From positions 1 to 64,000 of the IMG/VR virus record IMGVR_UViG_3300024581_003792: a stretch of 64,000 bases of DNA; one strand, given 5' to 3'. Position 1 is the first letter of the stretch; each line of letters starts with the position of its first letter. This DNA comes from a virus. Shown piece by piece: positions 1 to 9,163 of this stretch. Under the pieces are notes generated by a model. The model made no database searches and was not told the origin of the DNA. It saw only the letters and a list, made by a program, of their open reading frames with translations. Both the position numbers and the translations under genes were made by a program.

Positions 1-31
1 CACAATTACAAAAAGAAAATAGGGTACAAGC

Positions 32-265
32 ATGGACAAAGAAAAATCAAAAAGCAATCGTTCTTTATCATATATAAAAGGGGTTCATGGTTTAGACAAA
101 GAGGAGCAACGAGAGATAAAATTCAAAGAGAAATTTGGGAACATAAGAGAAGAAGAGATAAGGACTGAATGGGAAGCAATCAAATTCTTACAAGAAGAAT
201 TATTAATAGATGAACCCACTTTCGATCCTCCTAACTATAATGAAGGAATCGGAGATAATTTTTGA
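32..265 (+). CDS. hypothetical phage protein
   Basis: ORF; TAGGGT (20-25) lies 6 nt before the ATG, as in the other early leaderless genes. Confidence 0.6.
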   Translation: MDKEKSKSNRSLSYIKGVHGLDKEEQREIKFKEKFGNIREEEIRTEWEAIKFLQEELLIDEPTFDPPNYNEGIGDNF

Positions 266-294
266 TTGACACAACGAGAGAAACAATATAGGCT
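266..294 (+). promoter_or_regulatory. sigma70-type promoter, leaderless
   Basis: TTGACA-17-TAGGCT-6 nt-ATG(301). Confidence 0.7.
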
Positions 295-300
295 ACAAGC

Positions 301-474
301 ATGAATATAAATCACATATACGAAGACTCTGCCTTTGCAGATAAATTTTACTACGATACTTTTACAGGAACTTATTTCCTACATGACGAGGAATGGGAAG
401 AACCAATGGAATTTACTGAAGACGAATTAATTAACGAAGGAATTTATTTAAATGAATACTGCGAAAGAATATAA
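301..474 (+). CDS. small acidic hypothetical protein (57 aa, not in ORF track)
   Basis: Hand translation MNINHIYEDSAFADKFYY...YCERI; ATG at the predicted transcription start. Confidence 0.55.
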   Translation: MNINHIYEDSAFADKFYYDTFTGTYFLHDEEWEEPMEFTEDELINEGIYLNEYCERI

Positions 475-670
475 TGTAGAAATAGGCTTGACTCCAAGCG
501 ATATTCAAGCTATTCTTGATCGAGAAATGTCAACGCTTCACTTTTTACCAACTGATGATACTGATTACGAAGATAAGATTAGCGTTCATCTCAAGCTAAT
601 TGATGAAGATGCACCTTTATCAGAACAAATGAATTTAGTTGTTGACACATTGAGTAAAAAAGAGTTATAG
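452..670 (+). CDS. hypothetical protein
   Basis: ORF in a co-oriented early cluster. Confidence 0.55.
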   Translation: MNTAKEYNVEIGLTPSDIQAILDREMSTLHFLPTDDTDYEDKISVHLKLIDEDAPLSEQMNLVVDTLSKKEL

Positions 671-691
671 TATCGACATATTAATAACTAT

Positions 692-949
692 ATGTTTACA
701 AAACAGGAAAATATCGACATGGATTATATCACAGAGAAAATCAGTTTTAATGTCCCACAAAATGGTGGAGATCAATATCGTTTGTATGAGTGCGTAGATC
801 AAGTCGCAGATTTAATTGATATGTATTTCCATACCGCAATAGAAGACACAACCAACATTTACAATTTAATTGAAGAAGAAATTAAAGCAAGTAAACTTAG
901 AGAAGTAGAACACAATAGATTAGAAAATATTAATGGGGGTAGTAAATGA
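692..949 (+). CDS. hypothetical protein
   Basis: ORF downstream of TTGACA(642)...TATAGT(666). Confidence 0.6.
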   Translation: MFTKQENIDMDYITEKISFNVPQNGGDQYRLYECVDQVADLIDMYFHTAIEDTTNIYNLIEEEIKASKLREVEHNRLENINGGSK

Positions 950-1140
950 TCAAACAATTAGAAAATGCAAAAACTTTTAAAGAAATCTTTGCTCTTTATG
1001 TCCAAGAGCTAGAGAAAACAGGAGAAAAAGTAACTTACAATAAGTTTTTAATTAAAAATTCTCTTGACAATCTTGCCAACTTCTTAGATAATAGCCCACT
1101 TAGCGTATCAACATGGGGAAAATTAGATAGAGAACAATAA
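946..1140 (+). CDS. hypothetical protein
   Basis: ATGA overlap with the upstream stop. Confidence 0.55.
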   Translation: MIKQLENAKTFKEIFALYVQELEKTGEKVTYNKFLIKNSLDNLANFLDNSPLSVSTWGKLDREQ

Positions 1141-1142
1141 AC

Positions 1143-1286
1143 ATGAAAGAAGTAATAGAATTAATTGAACAAAAAATTTTAGAGATTAATAATTATCCAA
1201 TCACCACACAAGAAGCAGAGCAAACGCACATATTAGAGATAGGATGCTTGAATCAGTTACTTAGAGTAGCGAAAGAACTTTCTTGA
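1143..1286 (+). CDS. small hypothetical protein (47 aa)
   Basis: Hand translation MKEVIELIEQKILEINNY...; fills the gap between neighbours. Confidence 0.45.
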   Translation: MKEVIELIEQKILEINNYPITTQEAEQTHILEIGCLNQLLRVAKELS

Positions 1287-1294
1287 AAAAAGTG

Positions 1295-1322
1295 TTGACA
1301 TAATTCGATCCTCTGTCATAAT
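1295..1322 (+). promoter_or_regulatory. sigma70-type early promoter
   Basis: A-tract, TTGACA-16-CATAAT with TG extension; near-identical context to 1756-1783. Confidence 0.7.
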
Positions 1323-1357
1323 GAGAAAATATCTTATTAACCACACAAAAAGAAAAC

Positions 1358-1747
1358 ATGAAAGCCAAACAATATGTCAAGAAGATTCAAGAATACATCG
1401 CAAAAGAAGTTCCCGAATATGACTCGATGCCATTAGATGAAAAGAAAGAATGGCTACTATATAATCTTCATAAATGGGAGTGGGAATACGACCCCTCAAT
1501 CAGATTAGGTTCTTTTGAAAATGCTATGGATCATTGGGCTAAATCTATGAATCATTGGTTTGATTATAAAAGAACTTTTGATACTTACTTAGATTGGATC
1601 AATAACTTAACCTTTTTTATCATGAATGAATCTTGGTCTCGTGTAGAGAAAGAGTTTGAGCTTTATATTGATCATGTCACCAAGTACGAGACTAAAGAGC
1701 TAATGAAGAAAGATTCTGATTTCTCTGATCAAGATGGTATTTTTTAA
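1358..1747 (+). CDS. hypothetical protein (Trp-rich)
   Basis: 129-aa ORF behind a promoter. Confidence 0.65.
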   Translation: MKAKQYVKKIQEYIAKEVPEYDSMPLDEKKEWLLYNLHKWEWEYDPSIRLGSFENAMDHWAKSMNHWFDYKRTFDTYLDWINNLTFFIMNESWSRVEKEFELYIDHVTKYETKELMKKDSDFSDQDGIF

Positions 1748-1755
1748 AAAAAGTG

Positions 1756-1783
1756 TTGACATCACTTAAAACTCTGTCATAAT
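1756..1783 (+). promoter_or_regulatory. sigma70-type early promoter for rIIA
   Basis: AAAAAAGTG-TTGACA-16-CATAAT. Confidence 0.7.
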
Positions 1784-1819
1784 GGAATCATACTTTAAAT
1801 CACACAATCACATAAAACA

Positions 1820-4123
1820 ATGATCATCACACAAAACAAATCCAAAAAAGTAGTAAGTTCACACGATTTCGAGCAAGTCAATTGCACAATTGATGCCGAA
1901 GATATGCGCTATGTTGCTTCTCTTCTTCGTAACAACTATTCTAACACTCGTCTTGCAGTCGTTCGTGAGATTAGTGCTAATGCGCTCGATGCTAATGTTG
2001 AAGCAGGGGTAACTCGTCCAATCGAAATTAAGTTACCGACTAGCATGAATCCAACATTTGCAGTTCGTGACTTCGGGGGTGGACTTAGCCAAGAAGATGT
2101 TTTCGGTCTTTACTCTAAGTATGGTAAATCAACCAAGCGCACATCTAACAATTACATTGGCGCTTTCGGTATCGGTAAATTTGCGCCACTTTCTTATGGT
2201 GATAACTTTACTTGTGTTTCTTTTCATGGTGGAACAAAAACTTCTTATAATGTCTTTGTCGATGAAAATGACGATACCAAAATCACAAAGTTATTTGAAG
2301 AACCAAGCGATGAACCAACAGGTTTAAGCATCGAAGTCGCAGTATCCGAAGAAGATCGTAACGAATTTAGAAATGTTGCGCAAAAATTCTTTCGTTTCTT
2401 TTCTAACTCTGATATGCCAAAATTTATCGGAGTCGAAGAAGACTTTATACAAACTCCTAAAAAAGTTTTATCAAGTAAAACTGACGAATGGTTCTTTGCG
2501 GAAGACGAGAATCGTGGATATGGTTATCATTATTACTCTCATGTTATTATGGGTAGAGTTGCTTATCCAATTGACCACAACGCAATTAATGTAGATAATT
2601 TTATCTCATGCGAGCATTCTCGCAGAATAATTCAACAACTTTTACAACAAAGTAACTTTTATTTTCGTGTGCCTCTTGGTTCAGTAAGATTGCATCATAG
2701 TCGTGAGTCGCTAGAATACAACAAAGCAACTCAAAAAGAAATTTGTGCGATTCTCTACAAAGTTAGTCAAGACATTCAAACTATTGCAAAAGAAAAACTT
2801 GCCGATAGTGAAGACTTGTATGATGCAAAGAGAAATTATGCTCAAGTTATTAACGCTTTACCTTATCAAGTAAGAGGAGTATTTGAGAATAGCTTCGAGT
2901 GGAATGGTATCAAAATTACAGATTCTACATTTCAAAGAGATTATCAATTACAAGATGATCTAATTATTACTGATTACGAGAAAATTGAAGATAAAGATTC
3001 TCGCAATGGTTTCAAGGTAAAAGCCACTAAAACAAATCGCATTTATTGTCAAGACAATTATCTTGTAATGATTCAAGATATTGATTCTTCTCATGGCAAC
3101 AATCTTAGAGTTCGTACTTTGATGAATGATTTACCTGACCTCAAAGGTGTTTATGTTGTTCATGCAACATCCGAATGTGGTAAATCAGAAGTTTATGATA
3201 ATTGGCAATTCGATCTTGTTGACGCAAAACACAAGAGATATTCTTCTCAAGTAGAGAAGGAAAAAATCGTGCGCAATAAAGTTTCGGGTACAAGTCGTGC
3301 TTCTATTCCATTGTTCAAGATGAGAACTGACAAAGCAAGTTATGCTTATCGTAATGCAGATTATTGGCAAAATGTCAACGAACCAATCAATTCACTTGAG
3401 CTAGACGAAGTTGAAGGTTCTGTCAATGGTAAAATCATTTATGTTCCAATCAAGAACTATAAAGTTGATAGTGAATCTTATGATCTTGACAGAGTTTACA
3501 AAATCACTCAAGGTATTCGTAAAAATGCTGAAGATAATTCAGACGAAAAAAATCTTCAATTATTCGGTGTTCGTGCAAGTGATGTAAAGAAATTGGATAA
3601 AAGTACATGGGTATCATTCTTTGATTTTTATCTTGACTATTGCAAGAATATCATTCGCAATAACAAGAAGGAATGTCAATCAGCATACAAGGTAATTCAA
3701 TTCCAAAAATCTACTGATACTGACTTTGGTCATTATCGTTGGAGTTATGGTCAAGTGTTTACCAATGATACATTTGATGTTTCCATGTTTGATGATAACC
3801 ATTTATTTGCTCGTTGTGCAGAAAATTGGAATCTTCTCATGGAAGAGTCTACGAGTGATCGTAAATTCAGCGTTGCAATCAATGTAGTTAAATTAGGTGA
3901 TGAAGCATGGTTAGATGATGTATTGGATACAAAAGTTGATGCAGAATCAATCAAGGAAGACTTTAAATTGCTAGATAAAAAGTATCCTTTGCTTCAAGTT
4001 GTTACAAGTAGCGTTAACAATTGGATAAATCTAAAGCAGGATAACGATAAGAATGTGACCAACAAAACTATCTTAGAATATATTTCCTTGTGTGATATGA
4101 AAGGGGGAGAGGGGATTGTGTGA
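1820..4123 (+). CDS. rIIA: rIIA-like protein (N-terminal GHKL/HATPase domain)
   Basis: GHKL motifs VVREISANALDA, VRDFGGGLS, GAFGIGKFAP and SRESLEY; 767 aa; directly followed by an rIIB-like gene. Confidence 0.85.
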   Translation: MIITQNKSKKVVSSHDFEQVNCTIDAEDMRYVASLLRNNYSNTRLAVVREISANALDANVEAGVTRPIEIKLPTSMNPTFAVRDFGGGLSQEDVFGLYSKYGKSTKRTSNNYIGAFGIGKFAPLSYGDNFTCVSFHGGTKTSYNVFVDENDDTKITKLFEEPSDEPTGLSIEVAVSEEDRNEFRNVAQKFFRFFSNSDMPKFIGVEEDFIQTPKKVLSSKTDEWFFAEDENRGYGYHYYSHVIMGRVAYPIDHNAINVDNFISCEHSRRIIQQLLQQSNFYFRVPLGSVRLHHSRESLEYNKATQKEICAILYKVSQDIQTIAKEKLADSEDLYDAKRNYAQVINALPYQVRGVFENSFEWNGIKITDSTFQRDYQLQDDLIITDYEKIEDKDSRNGFKVKATKTNRIYCQDNYLVMIQDIDSSHGNNLRVRTLMNDLPDLKGVYVVHATSECGKSEVYDNWQFDLVDAKHKRYSSQVEKEKIVRNKVSGTSRASIPLFKMRTDKASYAYRNADYWQNVNEPINSLELDEVEGSVNGKIIYVPIKNYKVDSESYDLDRVYKITQGIRKNAEDNSDEKNLQLFGVRASDVKKLDKSTWVSFFDFYLDYCKNIIRNNKKECQSAYKVIQFQKSTDTDFGHYRWSYGQVFTNDTFDVSMFDDNHLFARCAENWNLLMEESTSDRKFSVAINVVKLGDEAWLDDVLDTKVDAESIKEDFKLLDKKYPLLQVVTSSVNNWINLKQDNDKNVTNKTILEYISLCDMKGGEGIV

Positions 4124-4156
4124 CCTCTCTCTCCCTAAACTTTTTAAAAAAAAATA

Positions 4157-4185
4157 TTGACAGAATGTAGAAAATAAATTATAGT
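4157..4185 (+). promoter_or_regulatory. sigma70-type promoter for rIIB
   Basis: TTGACA-17-TATAGT. Confidence 0.7.
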
Positions 4186-4218
4186 GAACATATTATTAAT
4201 TACGAAATAGAAAACAAA

Positions 4219-5190
4219 ATGAATCAAGTACCATATCAATTAACTGAAAATTCACTCACAATCTTTTGGGAAGGCAAGCCTTATACATTGCGTAAGGATC
4301 ATGTCAATTTCCAACTCGCTAAGAAAGCTATTCTTGATGCGAGATATGATGATCTAGGTGATTTGCTAGATATTACCAAGGCAATTGAGAACTTTGTCGA
4401 AGGTGACATTGAAGTCAAGGACGAAGTAGTTTACTACAAAGGTCATCGCTTGCATGGAGTTGTCGTTGACAAATTGCTCGAAATGCTTCGTGCAGGAATG
4501 AAGGATTCTGCTCCTCTCACCAACTTTATTACTCGCTTGCAAGCTAATCCTAGCGCAAACTCTGTTAACGAATTGTATTCTTTTATGAGTTACAAGTCTC
4601 TCGCCAATACTCCCGAAGGTAAAGTTTTGGGGTACAAAGGTGTACAATCCGATTATTGGAGTACAACAGGTAATGCAGATACAATTGTATTGCAGGGTAA
4701 AACCAATGAGCGTCATCAAATCCTTAATGAAGTCGGGGCAACCATCGAAGTTGCTCGCAGATGCGTAGATGACAACAAGGACAATCATTGTTCTTTCGGT
4801 CTTCATGTCGGCTCATTTGATTATGCCGATAGTTGGGCAGGAGAAAATGGTCGCTTGCTTTTAGTAGAGTTTGATCCTGCTGATGCAGTATCTGTACCAA
4901 CTGATTGCGACTTTCAAAAACTTAGGGTTTCCAAATACAAGGTGATCTCTGACATTAGTGACACTAGAAAAGAGCTAAATAAGCCTGTCTACGAAGCTAA
5001 TAAGCCTATCTATGGATCAAATGAAGATGAAGATTTCGTAGATGACGAGGATTACGATGAGGATTACGATGATGAAGAGAACGATTATGTAGATTTAGTT
5101 GACTCTCATTATGAAGCTAATCCAAAAGATTTATTGGCGCATGATGACGATGATGAGGATTACGATATGGATCAAACAGATAGAGACTAA
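4219..5190 (+). CDS. rIIB: rIIB-like protein with acidic C-terminal tail
   Basis: Motifs LQANPS...ELYSF, GYKGV, CSFGLHVG, PADAVSVPTD...KLRVSKYKV; adjacent to rIIA. Confidence 0.85.
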   Translation: MNQVPYQLTENSLTIFWEGKPYTLRKDHVNFQLAKKAILDARYDDLGDLLDITKAIENFVEGDIEVKDEVVYYKGHRLHGVVVDKLLEMLRAGMKDSAPLTNFITRLQANPSANSVNELYSFMSYKSLANTPEGKVLGYKGVQSDYWSTTGNADTIVLQGKTNERHQILNEVGATIEVARRCVDDNKDNHCSFGLHVGSFDYADSWAGENGRLLLVEFDPADAVSVPTDCDFQKLRVSKYKVISDISDTRKELNKPVYEANKPIYGSNEDEDFVDDEDYDEDYDDEENDYVDLVDSHYEANPKDLLAHDDDDEDYDMDQTDRD

Positions 5191-5423
5191 TGGAATACAA
5201 TATTGAAAAAAGAATTATTGATGTTGCCATTGAATTGAGAGATGCAAGCAATATTTCCGCTAAAAAGATTCAAGAGTTTCAAGAAAAAAATCCAAGTCAA
5301 GAAGAAATGGAATCAGAGATGCCCAAAATCTTAGAGTCCTCACAAGAGAAAGCATCTAAGTTATTCCAATTATTAGATGAATACGAATTCATGAATGGGG
5401 TTTCTAAAAAAATTAATGAATAG
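5190..5423 (+). CDS. hypothetical protein
   Basis: TAATG coupling with rIIB. Confidence 0.6.
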   Translation: MEYNIEKRIIDVAIELRDASNISAKKIQEFQEKNPSQEEMESEMPKILESSQEKASKLFQLLDEYEFMNGVSKKINE

Positions 5424-5616
5424 ACATCGGGTCAAAAAGTTTATGCGTGATCACATTGCTAGTATCAGAGCAATCACCCTAGAAGATTTAGAGAAAGAAT
5501 CGGGGCTAAATAATATTGATCATGAAGATAATAATATTGACGATGGATCATCTATAATATATAAAATTAAGACTAATAACGATAATAATAAAGATACTAA
5601 TAACAATAAACAATAA
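5416..5616 (+). CDS. hypothetical protein (Asn-rich tail)
   Basis: ORF overlapping the upstream stop; low complexity. Confidence 0.4.
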   Translation: MNRHRVKKFMRDHIASIRAITLEDLEKESGLNNIDHEDNNIDDGSSIIYKIKTNNDNNKDTNNNKQ

Positions 5617-6262
5617 TTAATTATAGTAAAATATTAGTTTTGTAAAAATATAATAAAATTTAAAGGTATTGTGGCGAGGTTATTTGTTTCCCTTGGTTAG
5701 TTTTCATCACCTGTTTCGTAATCACATAAAAGCGAAACATCTTTATAATTTCACACGCTCTCTCATATAATTCCGTTGATAATTCCATTAATCAACATTA
5801 CCATACATATACAGAGAGTAAATAAACCTTATAATAGACTAATATACAAAATTTAAGGGTAAATTATAAAATAATGATGAAAATGTGGTGTGGCGCACTT
5901 CTATCTTTAAAAAATCTTAAAATTTAATATAAAAACAACAATCAAGATGGCGAAATCAAACTTAATAATAAAAAATAAAAAAATATTAACTCAATTTTTA
6001 TCTAATTTAATATGTTATTTTAAAAAAATGCTAAAAAATAATAAACAAAACAAAGTTATAGCCCCAAAAAACAAGAGAAATAAATATGGTTTTCCTGAAT
6101 TATAGATTAATATTTTATTTTAATAAATTTTAAATACAATAGTTAATAATAAATTATAAAAAATTTTAAAAGTGGAAACAATAATATTAATAATAATTTT
6201 TGGAATGATATTAGTTTTTAAATAGCCCCCGACTTAATAATAAAAGATAATAAATTTTAAAT

Positions 6263-6604
6263 ATGCTTTATAATTATAAAATAAAAAAAGTTTTAAAAGT
6301 TTTGGATGGAGACACAATAGATGTGGAGATTGATCTTGGCTTTGATGTATATGTAAAGCGTAGAGTTAGGTTTTATGGTATCAATGCGCCCGAAACAAGG
6401 ACTCGTGACCTTGAGGAGAAGGCGAGGGGCAAAGCATCCAAGGCATTTCTGAGTGATTTGATCGCAAATAACAAAGAAGACATCCTGCTTCATAGTTTGG
6501 ACATCGGCAAATATGGAAGAGTAATAGGCGAAATATATATAGAAGGAAAGAATGTAAACAAGTTATTAGTATCAGAAGGATATGCTATCAGCGCCGAATA
6601 TTAA
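6263..6604 (+). CDS. thermonuclease (SNase-like) family nuclease
   Basis: VLDGDTI, RVRFYGINAPE, GKYGRVIG, VNKLLVSEGYA. Confidence 0.85.
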   Translation: MLYNYKIKKVLKVLDGDTIDVEIDLGFDVYVKRRVRFYGINAPETRTRDLEEKARGKASKAFLSDLIANNKEDILLHSLDIGKYGRVIGEIYIEGKNVNKLLVSEGYAISAEY

Positions 6605-6736
6605 TAATAAATTATAAAAAATAATAAACTCAATACTTAATAATAATTTAAAATATTTTTTAAAGTTTTGGTGCTATTTAATATATTCTAGTATTTTTTA
6701 ATTGCTTTTGGCGTAATATAGGTTATTGTAGTATGC

Positions 6737-6940
6737 ATGGACGAGAGCGTAAAATTCGTGGAGGAACACATCGAAGAGAGTTTCGGGGCAATAATGGAGG
6801 AGTTTTTGATTGAGAATCTTTATTGGATCGAGCAGGGCGACCATGCTAGGGCGGTAGCAGAAATGTATATGCTAGAGGATGGGGCGCATAATCGAAACCT
6901 TGTTTGTTTGTTTCCTCCGTTTTATCCGCTTGACAAATAA
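6737..6940 (+). CDS. hypothetical protein
   Basis: ORF only. Confidence 0.5.
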   Translation: MDESVKFVEEHIEESFGAIMEEFLIENLYWIEQGDHARAVAEMYMLEDGAHNRNLVCLFPPFYPLDK

Positions 6941-6964
6941 TAAACAATATATATATTAATTGAC

Positions 6965-7258
6965 ATGAGCCTATCAAAAGACATCAACGAAAGACTAGAC
7001 GAAATCTTAGCGATCCGCAAGGAACTCAAACGAATGGATACTGATTTATCAGAGGATCAAATGCTAGATACTATCCACGATAATAAACAAATAAATAAAC
7101 AACAAGCAATATCTATAGTAGAAGAAATGATAGATAGAGTTAAATTTGATTTAAATAAAATAACAAATAATGGTAAAAATGTAAAAGGTATATTTACAAA
7201 TAACTATTATGTTAATGATTTAATGCAGGATAAACAAATAATAAAAGAACTTGAATAG
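6965..7258 (+). CDS. hypothetical protein
   Basis: TTGACA at 6930, 35 nt before the ATG. Confidence 0.6.
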   Translation: MSLSKDINERLDEILAIRKELKRMDTDLSEDQMLDTIHDNKQINKQQAISIVEEMIDRVKFDLNKITNNGKNVKGIFTNNYYVNDLMQDKQIIKELE

Positions 7259-7292
7259 CCCCGAAGTATTAATAATAAATAATAATAAAATA

Positions 7293-7487
7293 TTAAAGCG
7301 GGGGCTTAGTATCTGATTTAATTTTGTTTAATAAATCTTTTCTTTCTTGACGACCCATACCCTTATAGATATGATTTGCTAATTCTTTAATACGAAATAA
7401 TCTCTTTTCTGGAGTACCATTAACGAAATAAAGAATCATAGAACCTAAAAGACTACGAACCAAATAATTAATAATTTTATCTCTCAT
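7293..7487 (-). CDS. hypothetical protein
   Basis: ORF preceded by GTGTA (complement 7497-7501) 9 nt upstream, as in late genes. Confidence 0.5.
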   Translation of the reverse strand: MRDKIINYLVRSLLGSMILYFVNGTPEKRLFRIKELANHIYKGMGRQERKDLLNKIKSDTKPPL

Positions 7488-7570
7488 ACTGAAATGTACA
7501 CTATGCCCCGAACTTTTAATATTAAATTATATTTTATTTTAAAGATTTGTGGTTTTTTATATTTTAGGGG

Positions 7571-7599
7571 TTGACAAAGTATATTTTATTGATTATAGT
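7571..7599 (+). promoter_or_regulatory. sigma70-type promoter
   Basis: TTGACA-17-TATAGT. Confidence 0.75.
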
Positions 7600-7636
7600 G
7601 GTCTTATCTTAATCACACAAACAGGAGGAAAAAATC

Positions 7637-7834
7637 ATGGCTAATATAGCAAAATGCGCAAGAGCAACAGAAGTAATGAACAAAGTAAAAGGGGGCAACC
7701 CTTTCGTTTTCAATTCTCGCTTTATCGGGTACAATGAGAAAGTCGAGGGCATTGTCGCACAACAACGAGAAGCGGATCGCAGGTTGAAGGAGATTCAAAC
7801 CCAACGCTTAATTCGTGCAAAGGGGGTAGCGTAA
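7637..7834 (+). CDS. hypothetical basic protein
   Basis: AGGAGG Shine-Dalgarno and upstream promoter. Confidence 0.7.
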   Translation: MANIAKCARATEVMNKVKGGNPFVFNSRFIGYNEKVEGIVAQQREADRRLKEIQTQRLIRAKGVA

Positions 7835-8088
7835 TGGATGCATCAATAAAACCAATTAATGATAAGGTTAGTATGTTTGCAACTGATGAAGAACTATATG
7901 AAAAATTAACTAAAGAAGAATTAATGTTAATTAAATTAGTTAAATTAGAAGAGTTTGCTGATGATTTATATCGTTCTACTCAGAGTAATTATCATGCAGA
8001 ATTATTTCCTGCTGATAAAAGTTGGTTTAAAATAAAAGAATTATTAAGAGAATGCAGAAAAATCAATAAAAGTAAAATTAATAGTTGA
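7834..8088 (+). CDS. hypothetical protein
   Basis: TAATG coupling. Confidence 0.55.
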   Translation: MDASIKPINDKVSMFATDEELYEKLTKEELMLIKLVKLEEFADDLYRSTQSNYHAELFPADKSWFKIKELLRECRKINKSKINS

Positions 8089-8113
8089 CAAATAACCAAA
8101 TATAGAGTAATAT
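8085..8113 (+). promoter_or_regulatory. sigma70-type promoter upstream of the candidate ncRNA
   Basis: TTGACA-17-TAATAT. Confidence 0.6.
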
Positions 8114-8182
8114 ACTATAAATAACAATTGAGAAACAAACTCAAGTAAATAAAATAATCGATCTTTTACATTTTAACACTTT

Positions 8183-8392
8183 GGATGCTCTCGACGGAGA
8201 CATCCTGTGGGTGACCGAATAAGCCTGTCGTGAGCGGGCTAAGGTATGCAAATCCCTGTGGTGGGGTTGGTAGAGTCCAATCGGATGAGCCAAATGACTA
8301 ATACCAAGTCTAGTTTGTAGTTGGAAGTAGGTACACCATTGAACTGATGTTCACGCCGAAAACATGAGGGTATACAGTAATCCCTCCCCACA
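8183..8392 (+). ncRNA. candidate structured non-coding RNA, family unassigned
   Basis: GC-rich island with no credible ORF between a promoter and a terminator; nested stems GGATG/CATCC, TGTGGG/CCCACA, AGCCTG/CGGGCT (GTGA tetraloop), TGGTG/CACCA, TTGGTA/TACCAA, TGAAC/GTTCA, GAGGG/CCCTC. Confidence 0.6.
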
Positions 8393-8419
8393 CTAATTTT
8401 CTCTCATCCCCCCTCCTTG

Positions 8420-8457
8420 AACCCCTTTCGTTTATGTCTTAGCGAAAGGGGTTTTTT
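8420..8457 (+). terminator. intrinsic terminator
   Basis: AACCCCTTTCG...CGAAAGGGGTT followed by a T-run. Confidence 0.8.
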
Positions 8458-8494
8458 GTTTGACAATCCACCCTAATCCTGGCATACTAAAATC

Positions 8495-8749
8495 ATGAAA
8501 ACATTAAAAGACATATTATCAAATTACGGATACATTAACTCAGCTCAACTCGCAGAGATCAACGAGCACTTTCCACACATGAGGGTAGTAATCAAATGGG
8601 GTGGATTACCTCGTGATCGCGTTCCTGTTCATCAAGCAGTAAAACTCATCAACCATATTGAATCAAAAAAAATCGACTACTGCAGAGAAGTATTCCTTAC
8701 GGGCAAAGACTGCGAAAACTTAAGAGTAGCCCTTCATATTGCCAATTAG
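8495..8749 (+). CDS. hypothetical protein
   Basis: TTGACA(8460)-17-CATACT-6-ATG. Confidence 0.7.
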   Translation: MKTLKDILSNYGYINSAQLAEINEHFPHMRVVIKWGGLPRDRVPVHQAVKLINHIESKKIDYCREVFLTGKDCENLRVALHIAN

Positions 8750-8766
8750 TACCGCCAAGTACTACA

Positions 8767-8797
8767 GCCTCGTCCTCAAGTGGGGGCGGGGCATTTT
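8767..8797 (+). terminator. intrinsic terminator
   Basis: GCCTCGTCCTC-AAGTG-GGGGCGGGGC then ATTTT. Confidence 0.6.
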
Positions 8798-8809
8798 ACT
8801 TCACAAATT

Positions 8810-8881
8810 ATGAATACAATTATGCTCATCAATCTATTACTCGTAGTAATCTTTGCAGTTATTCTTTGCGCGCGTTCCTGA
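8810..8881 (+). CDS. putative 23-aa membrane peptide
   Basis: MNTIMLINLLLVVIFAVILCARS. Confidence 0.3.
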   Translation: MNTIMLINLLLVVIFAVILCARS

Positions 8882-9031
8882 GGCGCCGTCTTTTCTCACG
8901 CACCCCAAATATACAACACCACTCCACAAATATACATAGGCTAAATATAATACTACTACATAATAAATAAATACTAAATAAATAATAAACACTAAAAAAT
9001 TATATAATTTAAAATTAAAAAACAAATTGTA

Positions 9032-9098
9032 TAAAGTGTTGATTATTAGTGGTTTATGGCGGCCTGGCCCGCATAAGTGCTTGTTAGTTAACTGTTTA
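9032..9098. repeat. 67-bp dyad-palindrome-dyad element, copy 1
   Basis: taaagtgttgattattagtggttta|tggcggcctggcccgca|taagtgcttgttagttaactgttta. Confidence 0.85.
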
Positions 9099-9128
9099 CA
9101 ACAAAGTGAAAGTTTATTCATTTTTTTC

Positions 9129-9157
9129 TTGTGCTTTTAGCGTTTATCTGACATATT
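9129..9157 (+). promoter_or_regulatory. element-linked leaderless promoter
   Basis: TTGTGC-17-CATATT-6-ATG. Confidence 0.6.
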
Positions 9158-9163
9158 GTTTGT

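Noticed and set aside
8340-8365. Hammerhead ribozyme in the ncRNA candidate (CTGATG...GAAA), and TGATGA...GAAAC on the - strand near 5685-5710
   Set aside because: The first core is CTGATGT rather than CTGANGA, and neither site forms a convincing stem II.
8183-8392. tRNA, tmRNA or RNase P identity for the structured RNA
   Set aside because: No GTTCRA T-loop with an acceptor stem or CCA, no tag ORF and no GAGGAAAGTCC. No tRNA was recognised anywhere in the window.
8837-9121. 94-aa minus-strand ORF, and similar ORFs at 16956-17189 and 17145-17345
   Set aside because: They run through AT-rich intergenic DNA or the 67-bp element, have F/I/Y/L-biased composition and lack expression signals.
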